From Candidatus Nomurabacteria bacterium (lineage in GTDB: Bacteria > Patescibacteriota > Minisyncoccia > Phycocordibacterales > UBA9973), in assembly GCA_052035195.1 (NCBI GenBank), contig JBPOHU010000006.1, positions 1 to 46,430 of the forward strand: DNA of 46,430 bases. Direction: 5' to 3'. The notes beneath the pieces were generated by a model. That model had not been told where the DNA came from and searched no databases. It saw only the letters and a list, made by a program, of their open reading frames with translations. Shown here in pieces: positions 11,101 through 18,097 of the stretch. A program made the position numbers and the translations under genes. Position 1 is the first letter of the stretch, and each line of letters opens with the position of its first letter.

Positions 11101-11814
11101 GAGAGACTTTTCTGTTTGAGCTTTCATCTTTTCTAGATCGATACCTTTGAAAAGTTCAAATACAGCTTCTGCTCCAATACTTGCCTCAAAAGCACTACCG
11201 TATTTCAAAGAGTAGTGGTGATAAGAAATCTCAGTCAAAACTTTTCCTGTTCTGATTTCTGCAATTTCTTTTTTGGTATTTAACAAAAGAGTTTTTAGCT
11301 TCTCGCGAGTCTCTTCGTCAGCGGCGTTTTTGAGCTTGTTTTTAAATTCAGAATCAAGATCAGCTATGATTCTAGCTTTTTCATCTTCATGAACAGAAAC
11401 TATGATGTAACCAGCGAAATAAATAACTTTTTCGAGCTCTGTTAGAGGAATACCAAGGAGGATACTCATTCGAGATGGTACACCACGAAGGAACCAAATG
11501 TGAGCAACTGGAGAACAAAGATCTATGTGACCCATGCGTTCACGACGAACTATTGATTGAGTAACTTCAACCTGACATTTTTCACAGATGATACCAGCGT
11601 AACGAATGCGCTTGTATTTTCCACAGTAACATTCATAGTCCTTTTCTGGTCCGAAAATACGCTCGTCAAAGAGCCCGCCTCTTTCACTGCGACCTGTTCG
11701 GTAGTTGATGGTTTCTGGTTTTGTAACTTCACCATAACTCCACTCCAAGATCTTATCTGGAGAAGCTAGTTTCAAAACGATGCTATCAAAATTTGTTGTA
11801 TCTAGTGTTTTCAT
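8194..11814 (-). CDS. rpoC: DNA-directed RNA polymerase subunit beta prime
   Basis: 1206 aa. Has the catalytic NADFDGDQM motif, zinc-binding CYCGKYKRIRYAGIICEKC, and bridge-helix/trigger-loop regions. Confidence 0.98.
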   Translation of the reverse strand: MKTLDTTNFDSIVLKLASPDKILEWSYGEVTKPETINYRTGRSERGGLFDERIFGPEKDYECYCGKYKRIRYAGIICEKCQVEVTQSIVRRERMGHIDLCSPVAHIWFLRGVPSRMSILLGIPLTELEKVIYFAGYIIVSVHEDEKARIIADLDSEFKNKLKNAADEETREKLKTLLLNTKKEIAEIRTGKVLTEISYHHYSLKYGSAFEASIGAEAVFELFKGIDLEKMKAQTEKSLEKAGAAEREKLNKRLSLIRAMLYANIRPEWMFLSRLPVIPPALRPMVALDGGRHATSDINDLYRRVINRNNRLRKLKEIGAPDVILRNEKRILQEAVDALIDNSIAGQDSPAMSQAQRRALKSLSDNLKSKQGLFRQNLLGKRVDYSGRSVIVVGPNLKLNQCGLPKHMALELFKPFVISKIIARELAFNIRGANKLIEDGVPEVWAILEEVIKGKYVMLNRAPTLHRLGIQAFMPVLIEGNAIQVHPLVCPAFNADFDGDQMGVYLPLSEQSQHEAKTLVAADKNLLKPQNGDPIVSSKMLDIVLGCYWMTSVVDGERGEGMYFSSPNEALMAHDLGVLSYRAKIYVLGTDSQKYAQFENKPFETTAGRLLFNAILPGEFPYINDEITAKKIIGIVDTMISDFGIPVIAPVLDKIKNFGYKYATISGTTWSIDNVVVPKEKAAIVATHRALEATIKAQFEEGLLSEEERFQKVIEVWNKAKSEIEKALTLTVEKHSSVYDMITSGARGSMSNVTQMAGMKGMIQNTTGRTIDFPIIPSYKEGLSPIEYFITTHGSRKGLADTALNTARAGYLTRRLVDVAQDVIITEEDCGTKLAKRITKETISGFEIPLSKNIRGRILAKDLVLPDGTTLFKKGHLISKDDATLVEKKGVTEVFVRTPMTCKTVYGICRNCYGLDLGRGHMIERGEAVGIVAAQAIGEPGTQLTLRTFHAGGVAGVDITAGLPRVEEIFECRTIKNPAIVNKYAGTVTDIKQEGVEKIISVLSSESTAKKESVDYVVNPRRVPIVKVGQEVVGGELLTDGSANIEEVYEAGGREMAEDYIIREISKVYELQGASIARKHLEIIVRQMFSRRRVKDAGDTTFSIGDVVEVTDLIEENAKMRDMGLREAKADLIILGITQTALFAKSWISAASFQNTNRVLINNAIRGGKDNLRGLKENVTVGRLIPAGTGFKEREIFKVNNVKNQEE

Positions 11815-11832
11815 AATATTAACTCTAATTTA

Positions 11833-14800
11833 TTACGCTTTTACTTCTTCACCATTTGCTTCGACCACTTTTGGACTTGAGTTTTGTAGGTCCACATCAA
11901 GACACAGACCTCTCAAGTAGTTAAGCATCACCGAGAACGATGCTGGTGCATTTGGCTCGCGTATTTTTTCACCCTTGATAATAGAATCAAATGTAGCCGC
12001 ACGACCTCTGATATCGTCTGATTTGATTGTTAGCATTTCTCGCAAAATGTGAGACGCTCCATAACCTTCAAGTGCCCAGACCTCCATTTCTCCGAAACGT
12101 TGTCCTCCTGATTGAGCTTTACCACCGAGAGGTTGTTGAGTGATGAGAGAGTACGGTCCGATAGAACGCATGTGGATCTTGTCTTCCACCATGTGGTGCA
12201 GTTTCAAGATATACATGTATCCAACAGCGATGTCTTGTTGGAACTTTTCTCCTGTTCGTCCATCATATAGAGGAACTTTACCAGTCTCTGGTAGTCCTGC
12301 TTCTTTGAGTTCAGCTTTGATTTCAGCATCTGTTGCTCCACAAAACGGAGGAACTATCGCTTGGTATCCTAGGCTATTTGCTGCCATACCCAAGTGAAGC
12401 TCAAGGATTTGTCCAAGGTTCATACGAGATGGAACTCCGAGTGGAGTAAGCACTACATCTACTGGAGTACCGTCAGCCATGTACGGCATGTCTTCTTCTG
12501 GAAGTACAACTGAGATAACACCTTTGTTTCCGTGTCGTCCAGCAAGCTTATCTCCAACTGAAATATTTCGAAGTTGTGCTACTTCTATAACTATTTTCTT
12601 GATAACACCACTTTCTAGGTTGTGGCCTTGGTCTCGAGAAAATACTTTGACACGAATAATACGACCCTTTTTGCCGTGATCCATTTTTAGTGATGTGTCT
12701 TTAACATCACGAGCTTTTTCAGCAAAGATACTTCGAAGCAATCGCTCTTCTGGAGTAAGTTCTGTCTCGCCTTTTGGTGTGATCTTTCCTACCAAAATAT
12801 CTCCTTCTTTAACTTCAGCACCGACACGGATAATACCGTCTTCATCAAGGTCTTTGAGTCGAGCCTCACCAACGTTTGGAATATCACGAGTTGTCACTTC
12901 TGGTCCGAGTTTTGTATCACGCACAACAGCGATGAATTCTGATATGTAGATAGAGGTAAATTTTGAGTCTTTGATAAGTCTCTCTGAAAGAATAATCGCG
13001 TCCTCGTAGTTGGCACCGTTCCATGACATGAACGCTACACGCATGTTTTGTCCGAGAGCGATTTGACCATTGTCTGTTGTTGAACAGTCAGCCAATAGAG
13101 CTCCTTTTTTAACTTTATCTCCGATAGCAACTACTGGTCTTTGGTGGAGCGAAGAGAAGTTGTTTGTTCTTTGGAAGTTGATCAAAGAGTAAGTGTGGTT
13201 TTTGCCAGTCTTGTCGCTCTTAACAACAATACTTTTTGCATCTACTGCTTCTACTACTCCAGCTTCTTCGGCTAGAACCAGTCGTCCTGAGTACTTAGCA
13301 GATTCTTCTTCCATTCCTGTAGCAACGAGAGGAGCTTCTGGTCGGATAACAGGTACTGCTTGTTTTTGCATGTTACTTCCCATGAGCGCTCGGTTTGCTT
13401 CGTTGTGCTCAAAGAAAGGAATCATACTTGTCGCTAGAGAGAAAGCTTGGTTTGTAGCAACATCGATGAAGTCTACTTGTGCCTTGTGAACTATACCTGG
13501 AGAAGTTCGAATACGAGCTTCTACATCATCTGGCAGATTTCCTTTTTCATCATACTTTGTTCCTGCGTGAGCAATGATGTATTTTTCTTCTTCAAGAGCG
13601 TTTAGATAAACGATCTCTTCTGTAATCTTTCCGTTTTTTACTTTTACATAAGGAGTTTCGATGATACCGAAATCATTGATCTTGGCATAAATAGCAAGAC
13701 GCAAGATAAGACCGATGTTTGGACCTTCAGGTGTATGGATAGGACAAACTCGTCCGTAGTGAGAAGTGTGTACGTCACGTACCTCAAGAGTCGCACGCTC
13801 TCGTGTGAGACCTCCTGGTCCCAAAGCTGAAATAGTTCGAAGAAGCTCAATTTCTGAGAGGACATTTTCTTGGTCCATAAACTGAGAGAGTTGGTTGGTT
13901 GTGAAAAACTCTTTGATACGAGCTTGTAGCGGACGCTGGTTAACCACTTGGATAGGAAGTGCGTTAGCCGAGTCTATGGTACTCATACGATCTTGCACAT
14001 TTCGCTTGATCTGAGTCATACCCATGAAAAGCTTTTGTTGCAAAAGTTCACCTACAAAACGAACTCGTCTACTACCTAGGTGATCAATATCATCTGGCTT
14101 TGATCCTGGTGTTGTGTTTAGAACGATAACATTTTTAACAATCTCTACTATATCTAGAGCAGAAAGAGTCTTACGAGTCATTTCTTTGTCACTCATATCA
14201 AGATCAAAACGCTTGTTGAATCGGAATCGCCCAACAGAAGAAAGATCGTATCTCTCTTCTCCAAAAAGATTGTTTATAAAATCTTTTGCATTGTCTGCTG
14301 TAGCAAGGTCTCCGTCTCGAAGTTTTCGGTAAATTTCTACATAAGCTTCTTGTTCTGTTTTGCTTGTATCTTTCTCTAAACAGTGAGCAATGATAGCTGC
14401 TGCTTTATCACCCTTAAATAGCTTTTTGATTTCTTCGTCTGTTGTAAGACCAAGTGCTCGAAGAAGTGAAGTTATTGGGAACTTTCGCTTTTTATCAATA
14501 CGTACATAGATAGTACCATCTGGATCAGATTCGATTTCAATCCAAACCCCCCGATTTGGAATGATTTTTGCACCAAAGTATTTCTTGCCTTTTACTTCAA
14601 GTTCTGTGAAAAATACACCAGAACTTCGTGAAAGTTGTGGAACAAGAGTTCTTTCAACACCATTTATGATGAAAGTACCATGACCGGTCATCATAGGAAT
14701 ATCAGACATGAAGATTTCTTGTTCTTTTTCTCCACCTGTTTGTTTATTTGTGAGTTTTACGCGTGCTTTTAGTTGACTATCAAAAGAGAGTTTGTTTTCT

Positions 14801-15057
14801 TTGGCGTAGTTTTCATCAAACTTTGGTTCTACCAAGTGAAATGAAACGAAATCAAGCTGGAATTTCTTTCCAGAGTAATCGTTTATAGGAGTAAATTCTT
14901 TAAAAACTTCCTTAATACCTTTTTCAATCAACCAGTTGTATGAACTGATTTGGTGTTCGATAAGATTAGGAAATGGAGCGAGAGGTTCTTTATACTTAGA
15001 AAAATATTTTTTAGGACGAGGGGTATTTCGTGAATCCTTTGGTGTTGTTTTACTCAT
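11833..15057 (-). CDS. rpoB: DNA-directed RNA polymerase subunit beta
   Basis: 1074 aa. Has GRHGNKGVIS, SRMNLGQILE and GGQRFGEMEVWALEGYGA motifs. Confidence 0.98.
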   Translation of the reverse strand: MSKTTPKDSRNTPRPKKYFSKYKEPLAPFPNLIEHQISSYNWLIEKGIKEVFKEFTPINDYSGKKFQLDFVSFHLVEPKFDENYAKENKLSFDSQLKARVKLTNKQTGGEKEQEIFMSDIPMMTGHGTFIINGVERTLVPQLSRSSGVFFTELEVKGKKYFGAKIIPNRGVWIEIESDPDGTIYVRIDKKRKFPITSLLRALGLTTDEEIKKLFKGDKAAAIIAHCLEKDTSKTEQEAYVEIYRKLRDGDLATADNAKDFINNLFGEERYDLSSVGRFRFNKRFDLDMSDKEMTRKTLSALDIVEIVKNVIVLNTTPGSKPDDIDHLGSRRVRFVGELLQQKLFMGMTQIKRNVQDRMSTIDSANALPIQVVNQRPLQARIKEFFTTNQLSQFMDQENVLSEIELLRTISALGPGGLTRERATLEVRDVHTSHYGRVCPIHTPEGPNIGLILRLAIYAKINDFGIIETPYVKVKNGKITEEIVYLNALEEEKYIIAHAGTKYDEKGNLPDDVEARIRTSPGIVHKAQVDFIDVATNQAFSLATSMIPFFEHNEANRALMGSNMQKQAVPVIRPEAPLVATGMEEESAKYSGRLVLAEEAGVVEAVDAKSIVVKSDKTGKNHTYSLINFQRTNNFSSLHQRPVVAIGDKVKKGALLADCSTTDNGQIALGQNMRVAFMSWNGANYEDAIILSERLIKDSKFTSIYISEFIAVVRDTKLGPEVTTRDIPNVGEARLKDLDEDGIIRVGAEVKEGDILVGKITPKGETELTPEERLLRSIFAEKARDVKDTSLKMDHGKKGRIIRVKVFSRDQGHNLESGVIKKIVIEVAQLRNISVGDKLAGRHGNKGVISVVLPEEDMPYMADGTPVDVVLTPLGVPSRMNLGQILELHLGMAANSLGYQAIVPPFCGATDAEIKAELKEAGLPETGKVPLYDGRTGEKFQQDIAVGYMYILKLHHMVEDKIHMRSIGPYSLITQQPLGGKAQSGGQRFGEMEVWALEGYGASHILREMLTIKSDDIRGRAATFDSIIKGEKIREPNAPASFSVMLNYLRGLCLDVDLQNSSPKVVEANGEEVKA

Positions 15058-15217
15058 TTTTATATACGGAGTCCTACATTGTTGCTTTTAATGCAACTTT
15101 GGCGGACAAGCAAAAATCGCCAAAACGTTTATTTCTACGTTTGGCTTATCTAATAAGGGTTTTCTCTAAAGCACAGAATCTCTTGGCCGCAACTCTTCCG
15201 GGAGGTGTAAGGACCTT

Positions 15218-15246
15218 AATATATATTAAATAGCTTTTGATGTCAA
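15218..15246 (-). promoter_or_regulatory. Sigma-70-type promoter for rpoBC (TTGACA-17-TATATT)
   Basis: Minus strand: -35 TTGACA at 15241-15246 and -10 TATATT at 15218-15223. This leaves a 5' leader of about 150 nt before the rpoB ATG. Confidence 0.45.
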
Positions 15247-15261
15247 ACATTTAGGAGTTAA

Positions 15262-15299
15262 AACAAAAGACCCCTGAAACAGCTTCGCTATTTCAGGGG
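15262..15299 (-). terminator. Intrinsic terminator after the 107-aa ORF
   Basis: cccctgaaa-11 nt-tttcagggg hairpin, followed on the minus strand by a T-rich run. Confidence 0.65.
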
Positions 15300-15311
15300 T
15301 TTTACTTTCTT

Positions 15312-15635
15312 TCAATACAATATTTTATGGGGAAATTCCCCAATTAAGCCGGAATAATGATGTTTTTTGATATCTTCAGAACCTAAGTCAAAGGCTTTTT
15401 GACTGTAGGGGTAAGGAACCTTCTTTTCTAAAGGTTCTTGTTTTATTACACCAAGCAAAACCTCATAATCTTTTTGTTGCTCATATCTTTTTTCAAGATC
15501 AAAGCAAGATATAACTGGAGGCTCTTCTTTGACTAAAACATCAACCGTTAAAAGACCTTTTGATTTATCTCTTTTATTTTTTCGCGCTTGAGAAGATAAC
15601 CTTCTTTTTTCTTCGCGAGATATATCTAAATTCAT
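15312..15635 (-). CDS. Hypothetical 107-aa protein with a basic N-terminus
   Basis: ORF with its own near-consensus promoter and terminator. I recognise no domain. Confidence 0.55.
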   Translation of the reverse strand: MNLDISREEKRRLSSQARKNKRDKSKGLLTVDVLVKEEPPVISCFDLEKRYEQQKDYEVLLGVIKQEPLEKKVPYPYSQKAFDLGSEDIKKHHYSGLIGEFPHKILY

Positions 15636-15652
15636 AATTTAACCTTTTTTAT

Positions 15653-15681
15653 ATTATAGCATACATACTATAATAAGTCAA
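15653..15681 (-). promoter_or_regulatory. Consensus-like promoter TTGACT-17-TATAAT for the 107-aa ORF
   Basis: Minus strand: -35 at 15676-15681 and -10 at 15653-15658, about 17 nt upstream of the ATG at 15635. Confidence 0.5.
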
Positions 15682-15687
15682 ATAAAA

Positions 15688-15712
15688 ACAGCCTATCTTT
15701 AAAGATGGCTGT
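15688..15712 (-). terminator. Intrinsic terminator after the 151-aa ORF
   Basis: acagcc...ggctgt hairpin with an internal atcttt/aaagat pairing, followed on the minus strand by TTTTATTT. Confidence 0.55.
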
Positions 15713-15733
15713 AAATAAGGTTTTTTATTGAAT

Positions 15734-16189
15734 TTAAAGTGCTTCAAACACCTCCATCAGTTCAGAAATACCTACATTATGGTCTATTTCTCCTCTTTTA
15801 AGTAAAAGATCCCCGGTACCATTTTCTGTTGAGTAGAGAAACATAAGACAGGCGTTTTTTCGGAATCTTTGCAAATGAGAGACAATTTCCATGCCTTTTT
15901 TACTTCTTTCGTCCTCAAAACGAGGTGACCGGCTTAATAAAATCAGGTCAAACTCTGATTCAGTTGAAAGGGTTAAGGTATACAAGGCCAAGCTTGATTT
16001 GTTGGCAATCTCTATGTCAATTTTCGGAAACGTTTTTTCTAACACAAGCTTTATAGCTTCAATAACGACTTTGTTGCCAGCTATAACCAAAATTTTGATA
16101 GACTTACCTTCCGTTTTAAAAGGCTTTAGGTTTTCAAATTTCATAACTAAATTTTTTATTATAAAAACATAATTATGAAATAAAGTCAA
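15734..16189 (-). CDS. Hypothetical protein with a CheY-like (pseudo-)receiver pattern
   Basis: KILVIAGNKVV...FDLILLS...GMEIV resembles a receiver beta-alpha pattern but lacks the acidic pocket (GN instead of DD). The track start is a TTG; an alternative ATG lies at 16144 (MKFENL). Confidence 0.4.
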   Translation of the reverse strand: MTLFHNYVFIIKNLVMKFENLKPFKTEGKSIKILVIAGNKVVIEAIKLVLEKTFPKIDIEIANKSSLALYTLTLSTESEFDLILLSRSPRFEDERSKKGMEIVSHLQRFRKNACLMFLYSTENGTGDLLLKRGEIDHNVGISELMEVFEAL

Positions 16190-16190
16190 G

Positions 16191-16835
16191 CTACTTCTTT
16201 TGCCCCAAGCGCCACTCCTCTATTTTCTTATGATTACCTTCAGTTAATACTTTTGGTACCTTATGCTTTTTGTCTTTAAAAACTAAAACTTCTGGTCGTG
16301 TGTAAACCCTAGGACTTGCCACTCGAGCTTCTTCTAATGACTCTTGATCTCCCAATACTCCTTTTATTTGTCTAACAATAGCATCAGTCATAACCATAGC
16401 TGGAAGCTCTCCCCCAGTTAATACATAGTCTCCTATACTGTATTCATCTGCTTTAAGTATTTTGCGTACCCTGTCGTCTACCCCCTCATAACGACCACAA
16501 ATAAAGACTAAGTCTGTATAACTTTTTGCCATTTTTTTAGCAATAACATTTGTAAACATCTTACCGCTTGGAGAAAGTTGTATAACTTTTATCTTGCCAC
16601 CTTTCTTTGTTTTTAATTTTGAATAGGCGCGCAAAATAGGTTCAGCTGTCATCACCATTCCAGGACCACCGCCATAAGGGCGATCATCTGTTTTGCCATG
16701 TTTATCTTTACTGTAGTCACGAATATTGACCGCCGCAAAGTCAGCCAACTTTTTATCTTTGGCGCGCTTCAACATAGCCTCTCCTGTGTAGACATTTATC
16801 ATTTCTGGAAAAATTGTAAGAAAATGGAATTTCAT
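16191..16835 (-). CDS. trmD: tRNA (guanine37-N1)-methyltransferase
   Basis: MKFHFLTIFPEM..., RPYGGGPGMVM and SIGDYVLTGGELPAMV are TrmD signatures. I use the ATG at 16835 rather than the low-complexity extension to 16889. Confidence 0.9.
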   Translation of the reverse strand: MKFHFLTIFPEMINVYTGEAMLKRAKDKKLADFAAVNIRDYSKDKHGKTDDRPYGGGPGMVMTAEPILRAYSKLKTKKGGKIKVIQLSPSGKMFTNVIAKKMAKSYTDLVFICGRYEGVDDRVRKILKADEYSIGDYVLTGGELPAMVMTDAIVRQIKGVLGDQESLEEARVASPRVYTRPEVLVFKDKKHKVPKVLTEGNHKKIEEWRLGQKK

Positions 16836-16891
16836 ATGAGTAGTAAGTAGATAGTAGTAAGTAGTTGTTAGTTTGTAAAGTATAAACAAAT

Positions 16892-16920
16892 AAAACCGGG
16901 CCAGGAATGGCGCCGGTTTT
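16892..16920. terminator. GC-rich terminator-like hairpin inside the trmD leader
   Basis: aaaaccgggcc-aggaat-ggcgccggtttt, flanked by an A-run and a T-run. It lies between the spacer promoter and the trmD ATG. Confidence 0.45.
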
Positions 16921-17006
16921 TGTTAACCATTCTACTAAGCTCTCTAAACCACGAACACTCCCCCCACATGAGCTTTATAGAAGTTTTTTGAAATATTCTA
17001 ATTATT

Positions 17007-17034
17007 ATATTAGCAGATTATAAAACTTTGTCAA
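17007..17034 (-). promoter_or_regulatory. Promoter TTGACA-16-TAATAT facing trmD
   Basis: Minus strand: -35 at 17029-17034 and -10 at 17007-17012. Confidence 0.45.
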
Positions 17035-17039
17035 GCACT

Positions 17040-17070
17040 AAAAATCCCCTATTTTATAAGAGGATTTTTC
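17040..17070 (-). terminator. Intrinsic terminator after the KH-domain gene
   Basis: aaaaatcccct-attttata-agaggattttt hairpin (one mismatch) with a T-run on the minus strand. Confidence 0.6.
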
Positions 17071-17101
17071 TACTAACTACTATCTATTTACTAATAACTT
17101 C

Positions 17102-17407
17102 CTAAAGATCCTTCAAATCAGCCATAGCGTCGTCTAGATTTGCTACGTCTGGTTGTCTTTCATAACCAGCTGGTTCGTTGATCTTGAGGTTTACACGAGC
17201 ATTATGCTTCATGCCTACAACACGTAGAAGTGTTCGGATGGCCTTGGCTGTGTTACCTTGGCGACCAATAATTTTGCCCATATCAGAACCGTTTACAGTA
17301 AGAGTAAGAAGTACTCCCATTTCATCAACAGTTCGATCTACTACAACGTCTGTAGGGTTCTCTACTAATGCTTTTACCACCATTTCTAAAAATTCTTTGT
17401 CATTCAT
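17102..17407 (-). CDS. KH-domain RNA-binding protein (YlqC/UPF0109 family)
   Basis: The GKIIGRQGNTAKAIRTLL GxxG loop, its small size, and its position just after rpsP are classic for this family. Confidence 0.85.
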   Translation of the reverse strand: MNDKEFLEMVVKALVENPTDVVVDRTVDEMGVLLTLTVNGSDMGKIIGRQGNTAKAIRTLLRVVGMKHNARVNLKINEPAGYERQPDVANLDDAMADLKDL

Positions 17408-17576
17408 ATCGTTATCTGTCTTAATGTATTAATAAGTTGATTATAGCAAATTCAGTCTTTCTAAGCGAGAGTAAAAACAATAAAAGTCATACTATATTTT
17501 ATTCTCTGCGGATGTCTACACAGAGTCCTCGATTCATAAAACATAGTATGATTTTTATTTTAGATTATTTTCCCAA

Positions 17577-17696
17577 GCGAGCACAAAATAAAAATACCAT
17601 AAAAGGTGTCTTCCGCAAGGCGACTGGCCTGAGGAGGAGCGAATTTTCAGCAGAAAATTACGCGACAGCTTTTATGGTATTTTTATTTTTGCGAGC
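17577..17696. repeat. About 120-nt inverted-repeat element (structured RNA or MITE-like) in the rpsP-KH spacer
   Basis: 21-nt perfect arms, 17585-17605 (aaaataaaaataccataaaag) and 17669-17689. They extend by tgtc/gaca after one mismatch. GCGAGC occurs just outside both arms (17577-17582 and 17691-17696). An inner hairpin gcgaattttc-agca-gaaaattacgc lies at 17639-17663. Confidence 0.6.
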
Positions 17697-17702
17697 GACC
17701 TC

Positions 17703-18014
17703 TTACTTTTTCTTCTTAGGAGCATCCTTTCTCTTTACTGTAGGAGCTTTCTTTGAGAGCACGTTCTTTTTCTTTCCTTCTATCACTTTGTGCTTTACGA
17801 GCATGTTGTGAACTGTTGGAGATACTTGAGCACCGTTTTTGATCCAGTGAAGGATACGGTCATTTTTTAGGTTTACAGTGTCACTTTTAAGTGTCTGTGA
17901 ACCAAGAATTTCCAAGAATTTACCACTTTGAGGGCCATTTTTTGAGTCAGTAACAACAAGGCGAAAAGCTGCCTCGTTTTTGCGTCCTATTCTTTGTAGT
18001 CTTATTTTTAACAT
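17703..18014 (-). CDS. rpsP: 30S ribosomal protein S16
   Basis: MLKIRLQRIGRKNEAAFRLVV... is a canonical S16 N-terminus. ATG at 18014. There is a Lys-rich C-terminal tail. Confidence 0.9.
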   Translation of the reverse strand: MLKIRLQRIGRKNEAAFRLVVTDSKNGPQSGKFLEILGSQTLKSDTVNLKNDRILHWIKNGAQVSPTVHNMLVKHKVIEGKKKNVLSKKAPTVKRKDAPKKKK

Positions 18015-18097
18015 GTGTTCCGTGATAATAGCAGAGAATATAAAAAGAGTCAAAGAAAATTCTATGAGTATTTAATAGCCTGTGTTAAAGTATTTTC

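Noticed and set aside
8216-15057. Numerous 60-110-aa ORFs on the plus strand and in alternative frames inside rpoC and rpoB (for example 9754-10080, 12695-12949, 13193-13489).
   Set aside because: They lie entirely within, and antisense to, very highly conserved genes. They have low-complexity S/T/R/F-rich composition typical of shadow ORFs, with no independent start or RBS context.
16836-16889. N-terminal extension of trmD (MFILYKLTTTYYYLLTTH) given by the ORF track.
   Set aside because: The extension is encoded by TAGTA-type low-complexity DNA that forms one arm of an inverted repeat. The TrmD homology begins exactly at the internal ATG (16835).
17437-17811. 124-aa plus-strand ORF spanning the rpsP-KH spacer.
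   Set aside because: It reads through the long inverted repeat and then antisense into rpsP, and its sequence is F/L-rich low complexity. The region is better explained as non-coding structure.
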